A DNA stretch of 64,000 bases from Elusimicrobia bacterium RIFOXYD2_FULL_34_15 (lineage in GTDB: Bacteria; Elusimicrobiota; UBA8919), in the NCBI GenBank assembly GCA_001800605.1, contig MGVS01000068.1, forward strand, positions 14,028 through 78,027, read 5' to 3'. The position numbers and the translations under genes are program-made. The notes under the pieces were generated by a model, which was not told where the DNA came from, did no database searches, and saw nothing but the letters and a program-made list of their open reading frames with translations. This document shows, piece by piece, positions 37,519-47,540 of the stretch; within the stretch, counting starts at the first letter, position 1, and the number at the start of each line of letters is the position of its first letter.

Positions 37519-38945
37519 TGATGTTAGGGCAGAGAGGAGATAAGTTTATGAACGATGCTAAAAACGAACTAAACGAAAAATTAATAATAGAATTAATGAA
37601 AAAATATAATGATGATTTATTTCCTATGTATGTGGAATTTCCGCACAAGAGTTTCTGGTCAGAAAAACTTAAAGAAGAAGATTATAAAAATGCCCTGAAA
37701 AATTTATTTTCTACTGATTATAAAAAAAAAGCTCCTTTATTGTTATATGTCCATATTCCTTATTGTCCTAAACAATGCTGGTTTTGCATATGCTATTCAA
37801 AAGTAACAAAAGATTACGAACAAGTAAAAAGGTATCTGGATTATCTTTTCCGGGAAATAGATATGTTAAAAAAGTTTTTTGACGAAAACGGAATAACACC
37901 TAACTTTCACGATATACATCTGGGCGGCGGTTCACCTACATATTTAAAAGAAGAAGATTTTGACAGTTTAATCGAAAAATTGAAATCTATTGTTGACTTC
38001 AAAAATATCAGAGAATTCACAATTGAGATTGATCCGAGAGCGGTTACGGGAGAAACACTGAAGTATTATCATTCAAAAGGGATTAACAGGATATCCCTCG
38101 GCATACAGGATTTTGACCCGGAAGTTCAAAAAGCGGTAAATAGAATACAGCCGGTCGAACTGATAGAAAAATTACTTACGCCTGAAATAAGAAAAAACTT
38201 CAGCGGCGTTAATTTTGACATACTATGCGGCCTGCCCAGGCAAACCAGAGAATCTTTCAGAAAAACAATAGAAACAGTTATAAAACTTTCGCCGGACCGT
38301 ATTTGCAACGTATTTGTCACCTACGCTACCAGCTATAGAAAACATCAAAAATTGATTAAAGAAAAGGAAGTTCCGGATATTTATGAAAGAACAATACTAT
38401 TTTATGAATCAGTCCAAACGCTTATAAAAAACGGTTATGTCCGTATAGGATTTGATCACTTTGCAAAATCTACGGATCAACTGGCAAAAGCATTCTCAAA
38501 CAAGTCTATTCATTGGAATGGTTTAGGTTATAGGGCAGGGGAGTTCATGGATACAATAGGTATCGGAACAAGCAGTGCAAGCCGGGTTACACCTTATTAT
38601 TATTCGCAAAACTATTATGAATTGCCTTTGTATGAAAAAGCTATTGACGAAGGTAAATTACCCATATACCGCGGATATAAAATGAATTCAAATGATGTTA
38701 TCCGACGGGAAATTATACATACGATGCGAAGTTTCTTTTCTCTTGATTTCCATAAAATTGAACAGTTATATAATATCAAATTCAAAGAATATTTTAAAAA
38801 AGAACTTAAAACTTTACAAATTTTTGAAAAAGATAATTTATTAAATGTCTCCGATGATATGATCGATATTACAGAACTTGGAAAATATTTTATATATCAA
38901 ATATGTCAAGTCTTTGACACTTATATTCCGTATAAATCAAAATAA
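37518..38945 (+). CDS. HemN-like (class C) radical SAM enzyme with divergent substrate motifs; start may be 37548
   Basis: LYVHIPYCPKQCWFC, HLGGGSPT, EIDPR, RISLGIQDFD..VQKAVNR.Q, GLPRQT, IGFDHFA. Confidence 0.85.
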   Translation: MMLGQRGDKFMNDAKNELNEKLIIELMKKYNDDLFPMYVEFPHKSFWSEKLKEEDYKNALKNLFSTDYKKKAPLLLYVHIPYCPKQCWFCICYSKVTKDYEQVKRYLDYLFREIDMLKKFFDENGITPNFHDIHLGGGSPTYLKEEDFDSLIEKLKSIVDFKNIREFTIEIDPRAVTGETLKYYHSKGINRISLGIQDFDPEVQKAVNRIQPVELIEKLLTPEIRKNFSGVNFDILCGLPRQTRESFRKTIETVIKLSPDRICNVFVTYATSYRKHQKLIKEKEVPDIYERTILFYESVQTLIKNGYVRIGFDHFAKSTDQLAKAFSNKSIHWNGLGYRAGEFMDTIGIGTSSASRVTPYYYSQNYYELPLYEKAIDEGKLPIYRGYKMNSNDVIRREIIHTMRSFFSLDFHKIEQLYNIKFKEYFKKELKTLQIFEKDNLLNVSDDMIDITELGKYFIYQICQVFDTYIPYKSK

Positions 38946-38946
38946 T

Positions 38947-39105
38947 GAGATTGTTGAAAAACCCAACAATCTCTGATTTCAATGATTAAACGACAAGATT
39001 ACACAGATTAGTACCAGACTGCAGTATCTGTGTAATCGGTGTTAAAAATCCCTGCCTGCCGGTAGGCAGGTGTGTAATCAGATATAATGAACATTATATC
39101 AGGAG
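38947..39105. repeat. Composite palindromic intergenic element, copy 2
   Basis: Hairpin GAGATTGTTG/CAACAATCTC; GATTACACAGAT/ATCTGTGTAATC; embedded CCTGCCTGCCGGTAGGCAGG (39051-39070); ends in a hairpin plus AGGAG SD. Confidence 0.85.
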
Positions 39106-39111
39106 TTTTAT

Positions 39112-40107
39112 ATGATTAAGGATGAAGTATTATCAAGTTTTAAAAATAAAAATGTTCTGGTAACAGGCGGAACAGGGCTAATCGGAAGACAAGTGGTTGA
39201 TATTTTGAGCAACGCCGGAGCAAATATTAAAATAGTTTCTCTGGATAAAATAAAAGTAAATAATAAAGCTGAGCATATCATAGGTGATCTTACAAGTTTT
39301 GATTATTGCAAGGAAATAACAAAAGATATCGATTTTGTATTCCATTTGGCAGGCATTAAAGGTTCTATAGAAATAACAGAAAAAAAACCTGCAAGTATTT
39401 TTGTAACTATTTTGATGATGAATACAAATGTCCTTGAAGCTTGCAGAATAAATAAAGTAAAAAAGCTTGTATATACGAGCACTATCGGGACATATTCAAG
39501 TGCAGAAATATTTAAGGAATCGGAATATCGCCTGGACAGCATGCCCATGGAATTTACAAGCTGGAGCAAAAGAATGGCTGAACTGCAAATACAGGCTTAT
39601 AAAACTCAATATAATATGAATAATTTCGCTATAGTAAGGCCTGCTAACATATACGGACCCGGCGACAATTTCGATCCAAAAAATGCTATGGTAATACCAT
39701 CTCTTATGTACCGCATATATTCAAAAGAAGATCCTTTGATGGTGTGGGGCGACGGAACCGCTATAAGAGATTTCGCATTCAGCAGAGATGTCGCTGAAGG
39801 AGTTATACTAGCCCTGTATCACGGTACAAAATCATCTTTTGTAAATCTTGGCAGTAGTAAAGGTACTTCTATAAAAGAATTAGTTGAAACTCTACACAGT
39901 TTTATCGATTTCAATTATAAATTTGATACTACTAAACCTGCAGGCTTCCCGAGAAGGGTTATGGATATTTCTTTGGCAAAAAAAATAATTGATTATAATC
40001 CCACAACTTCCCTGGCAGACGGCTTGAAGGAAACATGGAACTGGTTTTTGAAAAATAAGGACGAATATCTTCAGAAAAAAAATTATTTTACCGACAATAC
40101 TTTTTAA
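39112..40107 (+). CDS. Extended SDR (Fcl/GME-like) lacking the catalytic Tyr
   Basis: TGGTGLIG, HLAGIKGS, RPANIYGPGDNF, WGDGTAIRDF; catalytic position reads TSWSK. Confidence 0.8.
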   Translation: MIKDEVLSSFKNKNVLVTGGTGLIGRQVVDILSNAGANIKIVSLDKIKVNNKAEHIIGDLTSFDYCKEITKDIDFVFHLAGIKGSIEITEKKPASIFVTILMMNTNVLEACRINKVKKLVYTSTIGTYSSAEIFKESEYRLDSMPMEFTSWSKRMAELQIQAYKTQYNMNNFAIVRPANIYGPGDNFDPKNAMVIPSLMYRIYSKEDPLMVWGDGTAIRDFAFSRDVAEGVILALYHGTKSSFVNLGSSKGTSIKELVETLHSFIDFNYKFDTTKPAGFPRRVMDISLAKKIIDYNPTTSLADGLKETWNWFLKNKDEYLQKKNYFTDNTF

Positions 40108-40118
40108 ATTGATATATC

Positions 40119-41348
40119 ATGGATAAATCTAAAACTTTATTTCTTACACATTCATTCAACGAATCTACAATTGATTCCGTTAATAATATTGCAAAAGTTA
40201 TGATGGATAATAATGTTTATTGTTTAGATTATATGGAGCTTTATTATAAATACGGATATCGCGGTTTTCAGAATTTTTTACTAAATTATATAGATAAAAA
40301 TAAAATTAATACTATTATTTTCGCTTATTATTCAGCCGATTTTTACTTTGATTTGTCATTTCTAGAAAAACTCAGGAAAAACGTTTTTTTGGTAAGAATC
40401 TCCGGTGACACGGAACATTTTTTTGAAGTAAAAGATCAATATGATGCGCAGACAATGGATTTAACCCTCGTTAACAGCCCTTTTGCACAAGCTAAATTGA
40501 AACAGATGGGTTTTAATTCAATTGTTTATTTTGAATGGTTTAATGGGGATAGGTTAAAAAAATATGAGAATATACAAAAAAATATTGACGTATCCTTTGT
40601 CGGACTTATAACTGGAAGGGAAAAAAGATCAAACTATATAAATTTCCTTTTAGATAACGGGATAAAAGTCCAATATTTCGGCTATGGTTCGCCTCACGGC
40701 ATAGTATCTATTGAAGAAAAAGCAAAAATTTTTAATAACAGTAAAATAAACCTGAATTTTAGCGATGTTGCGGAACAAACAATCTTAACCAGAAATCATA
40801 AAATATCCAGACATCTTAAAGGCATCAAAGGGAATAATTTTGAAATTGCCCTCTGCGGGGGATTCATATTGTCGGAATACGCATTTGGAATTGAAAACTT
40901 TTTTAAAATAGATAATGAAATAACCGTTTTCCACGGCAAGGCTGATTTGCTCGAAAAAATCAAATACTATCTTGCACATGAAAAAGAGAGGGAACAAATT
41001 GCATTAAACTGTTATGAAAAAGCGGTAAAGTATTTTAACGCGACATTAACTATCCCTAAATTGCTGTCGACAATAGACGAATTTAGAATGAAAAAAACTT
41101 ACTGTTCTACAGAGATATATCTTGACGAAGAATTTATCAGAAACCATACAACTTTCAGAGTTCTTTTAATATTGAAATTTTTAAAAACAGGAAAATTGAA
41201 ATTTGCATTAGAAGAATTAAATATTATTATAAAATATAGAAAACTCGACTGGTATCAAATATCTGAATTTTTAAAAGAAGAATTCTTGGATAGTTTTCCG
41301 AAAATTAAATCGGTATTAAAGTTTCTATTTAAAAAGAAAAAAGCATAA
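40119..41348 (+). CDS. CgeB-like (Glyco_trans_1_2) glycosyltransferase
   Basis: DVSFVG, SKINLNF, FEIALCGGF.LSE, KIKYYLAHEKERE.IA. Confidence 0.78.
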   Translation: MDKSKTLFLTHSFNESTIDSVNNIAKVMMDNNVYCLDYMELYYKYGYRGFQNFLLNYIDKNKINTIIFAYYSADFYFDLSFLEKLRKNVFLVRISGDTEHFFEVKDQYDAQTMDLTLVNSPFAQAKLKQMGFNSIVYFEWFNGDRLKKYENIQKNIDVSFVGLITGREKRSNYINFLLDNGIKVQYFGYGSPHGIVSIEEKAKIFNNSKINLNFSDVAEQTILTRNHKISRHLKGIKGNNFEIALCGGFILSEYAFGIENFFKIDNEITVFHGKADLLEKIKYYLAHEKEREQIALNCYEKAVKYFNATLTIPKLLSTIDEFRMKKTYCSTEIYLDEEFIRNHTTFRVLLILKFLKTGKLKFALEELNIIIKYRKLDWYQISEFLKEEFLDSFPKIKSVLKFLFKKKKA

Positions 41349-41359
41349 AAATATTATTT

Positions 41360-42535
41360 ATGGAAAAGAAAGAATTTAACATAGTTAAAAAAATTAAATT
41401 TACGCTTAAAAACCCGAAAATAGTCTTGTGGCTGATTAAATGTAGAATCAGAAACCTGATCTTTTCAAAATTCGGGTACAGATTCCTATCTGAACATAGC
41501 TCTCCTCCGGTCAACATATTTTTGTATCCTACCCTCAAATGCAATTTATTTTGCAAAATGTGCGATATAGGTTTTTCAAGAAAAAGTAAGTTGACCGATT
41601 CCTATAAAGATATCTCGTTAAAAGATGAACTCAGCGCAGATAAGTACGAACCTTTCATAAAAGAACTGACTCAATTCAAACCAAATATTTCAATAACTGG
41701 TGGAGAACCTCTTCTATATTCTGATTTGAAAAATCTTTTATACCTTTTAATTTCTAAATATAAATTAACAACATCCATTATTACTAACGGTTTATTGTTA
41801 GAAAAAAACGCAGAAATGCTGGTTGATGCCGGCCTTCGCGAACTAATGATTTCAATTGATGGGCTCGACGAAACCGTTGATAAGATCCGCGGCGTTAAAG
41901 GCTTGTTTAAAAAAACTGTTTCCGGATTAGAAAAAGTTTTGGAACTCAAAAAAATTCAAAATAGCCGTTTAAAAATAATATTAAATTTTACGATAACACC
42001 TATAAATGTTTCCGAATTAGTAAAATTTGTGGAATTCTTCTCAAAATATGACATTGAATCAATAACATTTTTTCATATGCTTTTCAAAACTAATGAAATG
42101 ATAAGCCAGTATACCTGCCAATATCCTAACATGAGCAATGAATATATCCTTAAACCGTCCTCAATATCAGAAATAAATCCGAAAGATATGGATATTGACA
42201 TCTTAAGACATGAAATCGAGCAAATTAAAACCAAATATTCAAAATATAAAATAAATTTCGCTCCTGAAATTTTAGGCAATAATTTAAATGTTCACTATCA
42301 GGAACATGATAAATTTACATTTAGAAAAAAATGCTTTATGCCGTGGAACAATGCGTATATAGCAGCTAACGGTGATGTCCAAACATCATTATTGTGTTTT
42401 CATAAAATTATGGGAAATATTTTGAAGGAACCTTTTTTAAAAATCTGGAATAATGAGGAGTATAAAAAATTAAGGAAATTGCTGATTAAAGAAGGTGCCT
42501 TTCCGGTCTGTTCAAGATGCTGCAACATTTTTTAG
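41360..42535 (+). CDS. Radical SAM enzyme with SPASM/Twitch domain
   Basis: CNLFCKMC, TGGEPLL, TNG, ISIDG; C-terminal CFMPW..I..NGDV..C..GNI..IWN..CSRCC. Confidence 0.9.
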   Translation: MEKKEFNIVKKIKFTLKNPKIVLWLIKCRIRNLIFSKFGYRFLSEHSSPPVNIFLYPTLKCNLFCKMCDIGFSRKSKLTDSYKDISLKDELSADKYEPFIKELTQFKPNISITGGEPLLYSDLKNLLYLLISKYKLTTSIITNGLLLEKNAEMLVDAGLRELMISIDGLDETVDKIRGVKGLFKKTVSGLEKVLELKKIQNSRLKIILNFTITPINVSELVKFVEFFSKYDIESITFFHMLFKTNEMISQYTCQYPNMSNEYILKPSSISEINPKDMDIDILRHEIEQIKTKYSKYKINFAPEILGNNLNVHYQEHDKFTFRKKCFMPWNNAYIAANGDVQTSLLCFHKIMGNILKEPFLKIWNNEEYKKLRKLLIKEGAFPVCSRCCNIF

Positions 42536-42572
42536 ATTTAAAATATTCAAAATTATAACTTAAGGTGTAAAT

Positions 42573-44063
42573 ATGATTGCTCTTGTAAATATTACCTCAA
42601 AATTTCGCGGAGTAGAAGATACTACCAGACCTCCGTCTGGACTGTTGTATTTGGGCAACTCTCTTAAAAAAGCGGGATATGAAGTGACAGTTTTTCACAT
42701 TGTTGAAAATGAAATTGATGAGACAGTTGAAAAAATTATTAATTTAAAACCTTCATATGTAGGGTTTTCCGTCTTTACCGGATACCCTTGTTATACTTCG
42801 TCAATAATGTCCAAAAAAATAAAAGAACGCAACAGCAATATTCCGGTCATCTGGGGCGGTATACATCCTTCTCTCACTCCTGAAGAATGCTTAAAAGAAA
42901 AATTCATAGATTTAGTGGTTATTGGTGAAGGCGAAGAAACAATTCTTGAGTTAAGTCAAGAACTTTTAGGAAATCATAATTATGAAAATATTAAAGGAAT
43001 AGGTTATAAAAAAGCAGGGGCAATTAAAATAAATCCGCGAAGAGAACTTATTGCAAACTTAGACAATTATAAAATGGACTGGTCATTAGTTAATATAAAT
43101 AATTATATTCGACCGGGCAGCGATAACGAAAAAACACTATGCTTTATTACATCCAGAGGATGTCCGTTCAATTGCGGATTTTGTTATAACGAAAAATTCA
43201 ATAACCGCAAATGCCGCGCTCACTCAATTGATTTTGTCATTAATGAAGTAAAAGCGTTAAAAGAAAAGACTGGGATAACAAGAATATCCTTTGACGATGA
43301 TCATTTTATGGTTAATATTAAAAGAGGTTTTTCAATTTTATCGGAGTTAAAAAAAATAGGAATTACATGCGATTGGATGGAATTTCACCTGGATTTCGTG
43401 ACTAATGAAAACATGGAAAAATTAGCAGATTTGGGCGTAAAAAGGATTTTCTTCGGTTGGGAATCAGGGAATAACAGGATACTGAAGTTAATCAATAAAC
43501 ACTTTACAAAAGAAATTATATTAGATAAATGTAAAATTCTGGCTAAATTCCCGAACATAAACTATGATGCATCCGCTATTATAGGTTTTCCTACGGAAAC
43601 TTGGAAAGATGTAGCAATTACGATAGATACGGCATTGGAAATGGCAGAAATTCTACCGAATGTCAATTTTAATTTAGGAACTTATATGCCTTACCCCGGT
43701 ACTCCTCTTTATAATTTAACAATTAAAGAAGGATTCAACCCGCCGACAAATGTCGAGGGATGGAAAGAATTTGATATGCTTGAAGGTAAAGTCAATATTG
43801 ACTGGCTGCCATGGGCAAATATTAAAACAAAAAAAATATTTTCTTTAATAGATGCTTACGCAAAATGCTTGGATGTTCCAAAAAAAATGTCTGAAAAGAA
43901 AAGTATGTTTAAAAGAACCGGAAAATTATTTCTTTACTTTTTAGCAAAGTGGCGTTTAAAAAGAAAGTTCTTTCTTTTTCCTTTTGAAATATATTTTTAT
44001 GCGTTATGGATGAAAAAAAGCATTGCCAGAAATATAAAAAAATTTAAAACAAGTAATAACTAA
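42573..44063 (+). CDS. B12-binding radical SAM enzyme 5
   Basis: PPSGLLYL, WGGIHPS, GEGE; SRGCPFNCGFC; GWESG; PYPGTPL. Confidence 0.92.
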   Translation: MIALVNITSKFRGVEDTTRPPSGLLYLGNSLKKAGYEVTVFHIVENEIDETVEKIINLKPSYVGFSVFTGYPCYTSSIMSKKIKERNSNIPVIWGGIHPSLTPEECLKEKFIDLVVIGEGEETILELSQELLGNHNYENIKGIGYKKAGAIKINPRRELIANLDNYKMDWSLVNINNYIRPGSDNEKTLCFITSRGCPFNCGFCYNEKFNNRKCRAHSIDFVINEVKALKEKTGITRISFDDDHFMVNIKRGFSILSELKKIGITCDWMEFHLDFVTNENMEKLADLGVKRIFFGWESGNNRILKLINKHFTKEIILDKCKILAKFPNINYDASAIIGFPTETWKDVAITIDTALEMAEILPNVNFNLGTYMPYPGTPLYNLTIKEGFNPPTNVEGWKEFDMLEGKVNIDWLPWANIKTKKIFSLIDAYAKCLDVPKKMSEKKSMFKRTGKLFLYFLAKWRLKRKFFLFPFEIYFYALWMKKSIARNIKKFKTSNN

Positions 44064-44069
44064 AAATAT

Positions 44070-45176
44070 ATGCATATTACACTCATTATTTCTTCTTTAT
44101 CACCGGGCGGTGCAGAGAAAGTCATGGCTGCTATGGCTAACTACTGGGCAGGAAATAATCAGGATATAACATTAATAACTTTCGATTCAAGAAACAGTGA
44201 CTCTTACATTTTTAATGACAGGATAAAACGGCATGCTTTGGAACTATTAACAGACTCAAAAAATATTTTGGAAAGCCTTGCTAATAATTATAAACGCATT
44301 AAACGCCTGCGTAGCATACTTGTTGATTCCAAACCGGATATAATTATAAGTTTCATTGATAAAACAAATATTCTTGCTATTTTATCCAACATAGGGCTAA
44401 AATATCCGTTAATTATATGTGAAAGAGTAAACCCGAGAAAATACCGCATAGGCCGGTTCTGGCGCTTACTACAAAAAATGTTATATCCGCTATCCGATGC
44501 TTTAGTTGTACAAACAGAGGCTACAAAATTATGGTTTAAACAGAAATTGAAATTCCCGGAAGAAAAAACTTATGTGATACCAAATCCTGTTATTATTTCT
44601 TCTCAAAATAGTAAAAATATTATAAAAGAAAAATTAAACATCATTTCTATGGGAAGATTAGTCCGGCAAAAAGGATTTGATATTCTTTTAGACTCTTTCT
44701 CTAAAATAGCTGAAAAATATCCTGACTGGACGCTAACGATAATAGGTAAAGGTGAAGAAGAGAATAATTTAAAATCTCAGGCAAAATATCTTGGGATTGA
44801 AAAACAGGTCATTTTTACAGGATTTATAAAAAATCCTTTCGAATACCTTCAAAATGCGGATTTATTTGTTATGCCGTCCCGTTTTGAAGGTTTTCCAAAT
44901 GCACTTATAGAAGCGATGTCTTATGGTTTAGCAGCAATCAGTTTTAATTGCCCAAGCGGCCCGTCTGATATAATCAGAAATGGTACGGACGGTATTTTAG
45001 TAAATTGTGAAGATACTGACGGATTGACTGCCGCAATGGATGATTTAATGTCAAATAAAGAAAAAAGAGGACAGTTTTCCAAACGGGCAAGAGAAGTAAG
45101 CGAGCGGTTCAAACTGGAAAAAATAATAGGAATGTGGAATAATTTATTAGAAGAAGTTATCCGGAGAAAAAAATGA
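44070..45176 (+). CDS. GT4 glycosyltransferase (PglH/PglJ-like)
   Basis: GGAEK, IPNP, GRL..QKGFD, SRFEGFPNALIEAM, CPSGP. Confidence 0.9.
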   Translation: MHITLIISSLSPGGAEKVMAAMANYWAGNNQDITLITFDSRNSDSYIFNDRIKRHALELLTDSKNILESLANNYKRIKRLRSILVDSKPDIIISFIDKTNILAILSNIGLKYPLIICERVNPRKYRIGRFWRLLQKMLYPLSDALVVQTEATKLWFKQKLKFPEEKTYVIPNPVIISSQNSKNIIKEKLNIISMGRLVRQKGFDILLDSFSKIAEKYPDWTLTIIGKGEEENNLKSQAKYLGIEKQVIFTGFIKNPFEYLQNADLFVMPSRFEGFPNALIEAMSYGLAAISFNCPSGPSDIIRNGTDGILVNCEDTDGLTAAMDDLMSNKEKRGQFSKRAREVSERFKLEKIIGMWNNLLEEVIRRKK

Positions 45177-45973
45177 ATGAAAAAAGTAATGAGCGGTTCA
45201 AATTTGGTGACAACTGGAAACATTTTTTAAAACATCTAGACAATGAGCGGATATCGTCAGCTGAAAAATCACTTCGTGAAATGTTGGAAACAGATAATTT
45301 AAAAAAGAAAAATTTCATTGATGTCGGTTCCGGCAGTGGGTTATTTTCGCTTGCTGCCATGAATTTAGGCGCTGAAAGCGTTTTTTCATTTGACTATGAT
45401 ACACAAAGTGTCGCATGCACAAAAGAAACCAAGCAAAGGTATTTACCAAATGCTAAAAACTGGAATATTGAACAGGGTTCTGTATTAGACCAGGATTATC
45501 TAAAAAAGCTCGGACAGTTTGATATAGTTTATTCGTGGGGTGTTTTACATCATACAGGTGAGATGTGGAAAGCGCTAGAAAATGTCATTCCTCTAGTGAA
45601 AAACGGCGGTAAATTATTTATAGCTATATATAATGATCAGGGTGGAACTAGTCAGCGATGGAAAAAAGTTAAAATTCTTTACAATAAATTACCCAAAGTT
45701 TTAAAATTCTTATATGTAGTTTTAATAATGATTCCTTTCGAATTTAAATACGCTTTGGCACGCTTATTAAAAGGCAAATCTCCGTTTCCTCCGAAAGATG
45801 AACGGGGAATGAAAAAATATTACGATTGGGTAGACTGGATCGGCGGGTATCCGTTTGAAGTTGCAAAACCAGAAGAAATTTTTCAGTTTTACAAGAATAA
45901 AGGATTCCTGCTAGAGAAACTAAAAACTTGCGGCGGCGGTTTGGGAAATAATGAGTTCGTATTTATAAGATGA
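45173..45973 (+). CDS. Class I SAM-dependent methyltransferase
   Basis: RFKFG.NW, DVGSGSG motif I, FDIVYSWGVLHHTG, DWIGGYPFE. Confidence 0.85.
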   Translation: MNEKSNERFKFGDNWKHFLKHLDNERISSAEKSLREMLETDNLKKKNFIDVGSGSGLFSLAAMNLGAESVFSFDYDTQSVACTKETKQRYLPNAKNWNIEQGSVLDQDYLKKLGQFDIVYSWGVLHHTGEMWKALENVIPLVKNGGKLFIAIYNDQGGTSQRWKKVKILYNKLPKVLKFLYVVLIMIPFEFKYALARLLKGKSPFPPKDERGMKKYYDWVDWIGGYPFEVAKPEEIFQFYKNKGFLLEKLKTCGGGLGNNEFVFIR

Positions 45974-47538
45974 ATAAAAACTTGTCAGAAAAAAACTTTC
46001 ATATAGTTATAATATCACTGTATAGTTACGGTGCTTTTGGTAGCAGGATTTTAAAAGATATTTTGAAAAACAACGGTTATACGGTATCATGCATATATTT
46101 CAAGAAAGACAAAACTAACTCCATGGGATTACCGTCAGAACACGAAAACACTTTATTATTAGAACTTATTAAGAAACTAAAACCCAACCTTATCGGTATT
46201 AGTACTCGTTCCACATTTTTTCCTGTTGCAAAAGATATTACAAAAAAAATGAAAGATATCACTAATTCACCTATAATTTGGGGAGGGGCTCATCCGACAA
46301 TCTGTTCGGAAGAATCAATTCAATTCGCGGATATGATTTGTATCGGCGAAGGTGAAAAAACAATACTTGAATTAGCAAATAAACTTTATAAACACGAGGA
46401 TATTTCCAAAATTAAAGGTCTCTGGGTTAAAAATAACAATTCTATTATAAAAAACGAACCCAACTTTTTATTTGAGGATTTAAATACATTGCCTTTTCCT
46501 GATTTTGACAATAAAGATACTTACGCGATTGAAAACAACTGTATTATTGAACACGATCCGTTATATAACGACGATTTGACATATTATAATTTTATGAGCG
46601 GAAGGGGATGTCCTTTCCATTGTTACTTTTGCAGTAACAGCATATTAAAAAAAATCTTTGATGACAAAGGACATTTTATAAGACAAAGAACCGTCGAAAA
46701 TGTCATTGAAGAATTAAAAATTGCAAAAAATCGCTTTAAAAAACTTAAAGTTGTTTCAAGTAATGACGAGGTTTTTACATTAAACAAAGAATGGCTGAAA
46801 GAGTTCTGCGAAAAATATAAAAAAGAAATTGGTTTACCCTTTCACTGCGATATACATCCGAATTACGTAAATGAAAACATAATAGAATATTTAAAATACG
46901 CCGGCTTGAAAACAATTACAATGGGAATACAGAGTGGCTCCGAAAGAATACGTACGGATTTATACGGCAGAAAAACACCTGATGCGATACTGGAAAAAAA
47001 TGCTCAAATTCTCAAAAAATTTAAAATATTTCCTTCTTTTGACCTGATATTTGATAATCCCCTTGAAACTGAGAATGACATAAAAACAACTTATGAATTC
47101 ATGTTAAAATTGCCAAGACCTTATAGAATAAATATGTATTCAATGCAACATCATCCAAAAACAAAACTAACGGAAATGCTTTTAAATGAAAAGCTAATAA
47201 CCTCAAACGATGTAGATGGTATTTCTACTAAGGGATTTGATCAATGGCATGTAAATTTTGATTATAAAAAAAGTAAACCGGAATTAATACATTACTACAA
47301 ACTTTTTGAATTATTATCCAGTTTTATTGTATTAAGTAAAAATAATCCGGGAAAGGTAATTTTTGTTTTTCCAAAGTGGTTTATCCGTTTTATTGAAAAT
47401 AGTAAATTTTTCAAAAGATACCCTCGCTCAACCGATTGGATAGCATTAATGCCTAAGATAACTTTTGGTTTGGGTTTATTAATTCAGGGAGAATATAAAA
47501 GATTATTCAAAAGTGCTAAGAGTTTTTTAGCGAATTAA
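45970..47538 (+). CDS. B12-binding radical SAM enzyme 6 (closest in motifs to 15050..16615)
   Basis: WGGAHPT, GEGE; GRGCPFHCYFC; MGIQSGS; DLIFDNP.ET. Confidence 0.9.
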   Translation: MNKNLSEKNFHIVIISLYSYGAFGSRILKDILKNNGYTVSCIYFKKDKTNSMGLPSEHENTLLLELIKKLKPNLIGISTRSTFFPVAKDITKKMKDITNSPIIWGGAHPTICSEESIQFADMICIGEGEKTILELANKLYKHEDISKIKGLWVKNNNSIIKNEPNFLFEDLNTLPFPDFDNKDTYAIENNCIIEHDPLYNDDLTYYNFMSGRGCPFHCYFCSNSILKKIFDDKGHFIRQRTVENVIEELKIAKNRFKKLKVVSSNDEVFTLNKEWLKEFCEKYKKEIGLPFHCDIHPNYVNENIIEYLKYAGLKTITMGIQSGSERIRTDLYGRKTPDAILEKNAQILKKFKIFPSFDLIFDNPLETENDIKTTYEFMLKLPRPYRINMYSMQHHPKTKLTEMLLNEKLITSNDVDGISTKGFDQWHVNFDYKKSKPELIHYYKLFELLSSFIVLSKNNPGKVIFVFPKWFIRFIENSKFFKRYPRSTDWIALMPKITFGLGLLIQGEYKRLFKSAKSFLAN

Positions 47539-47540
47539 TT

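Noticed and set aside
27487..39105. CRISPR array from the GATTACAC-type repeats
   Set aside because: Units are short, partly inverted and lack regular unique spacers; no cas genes.
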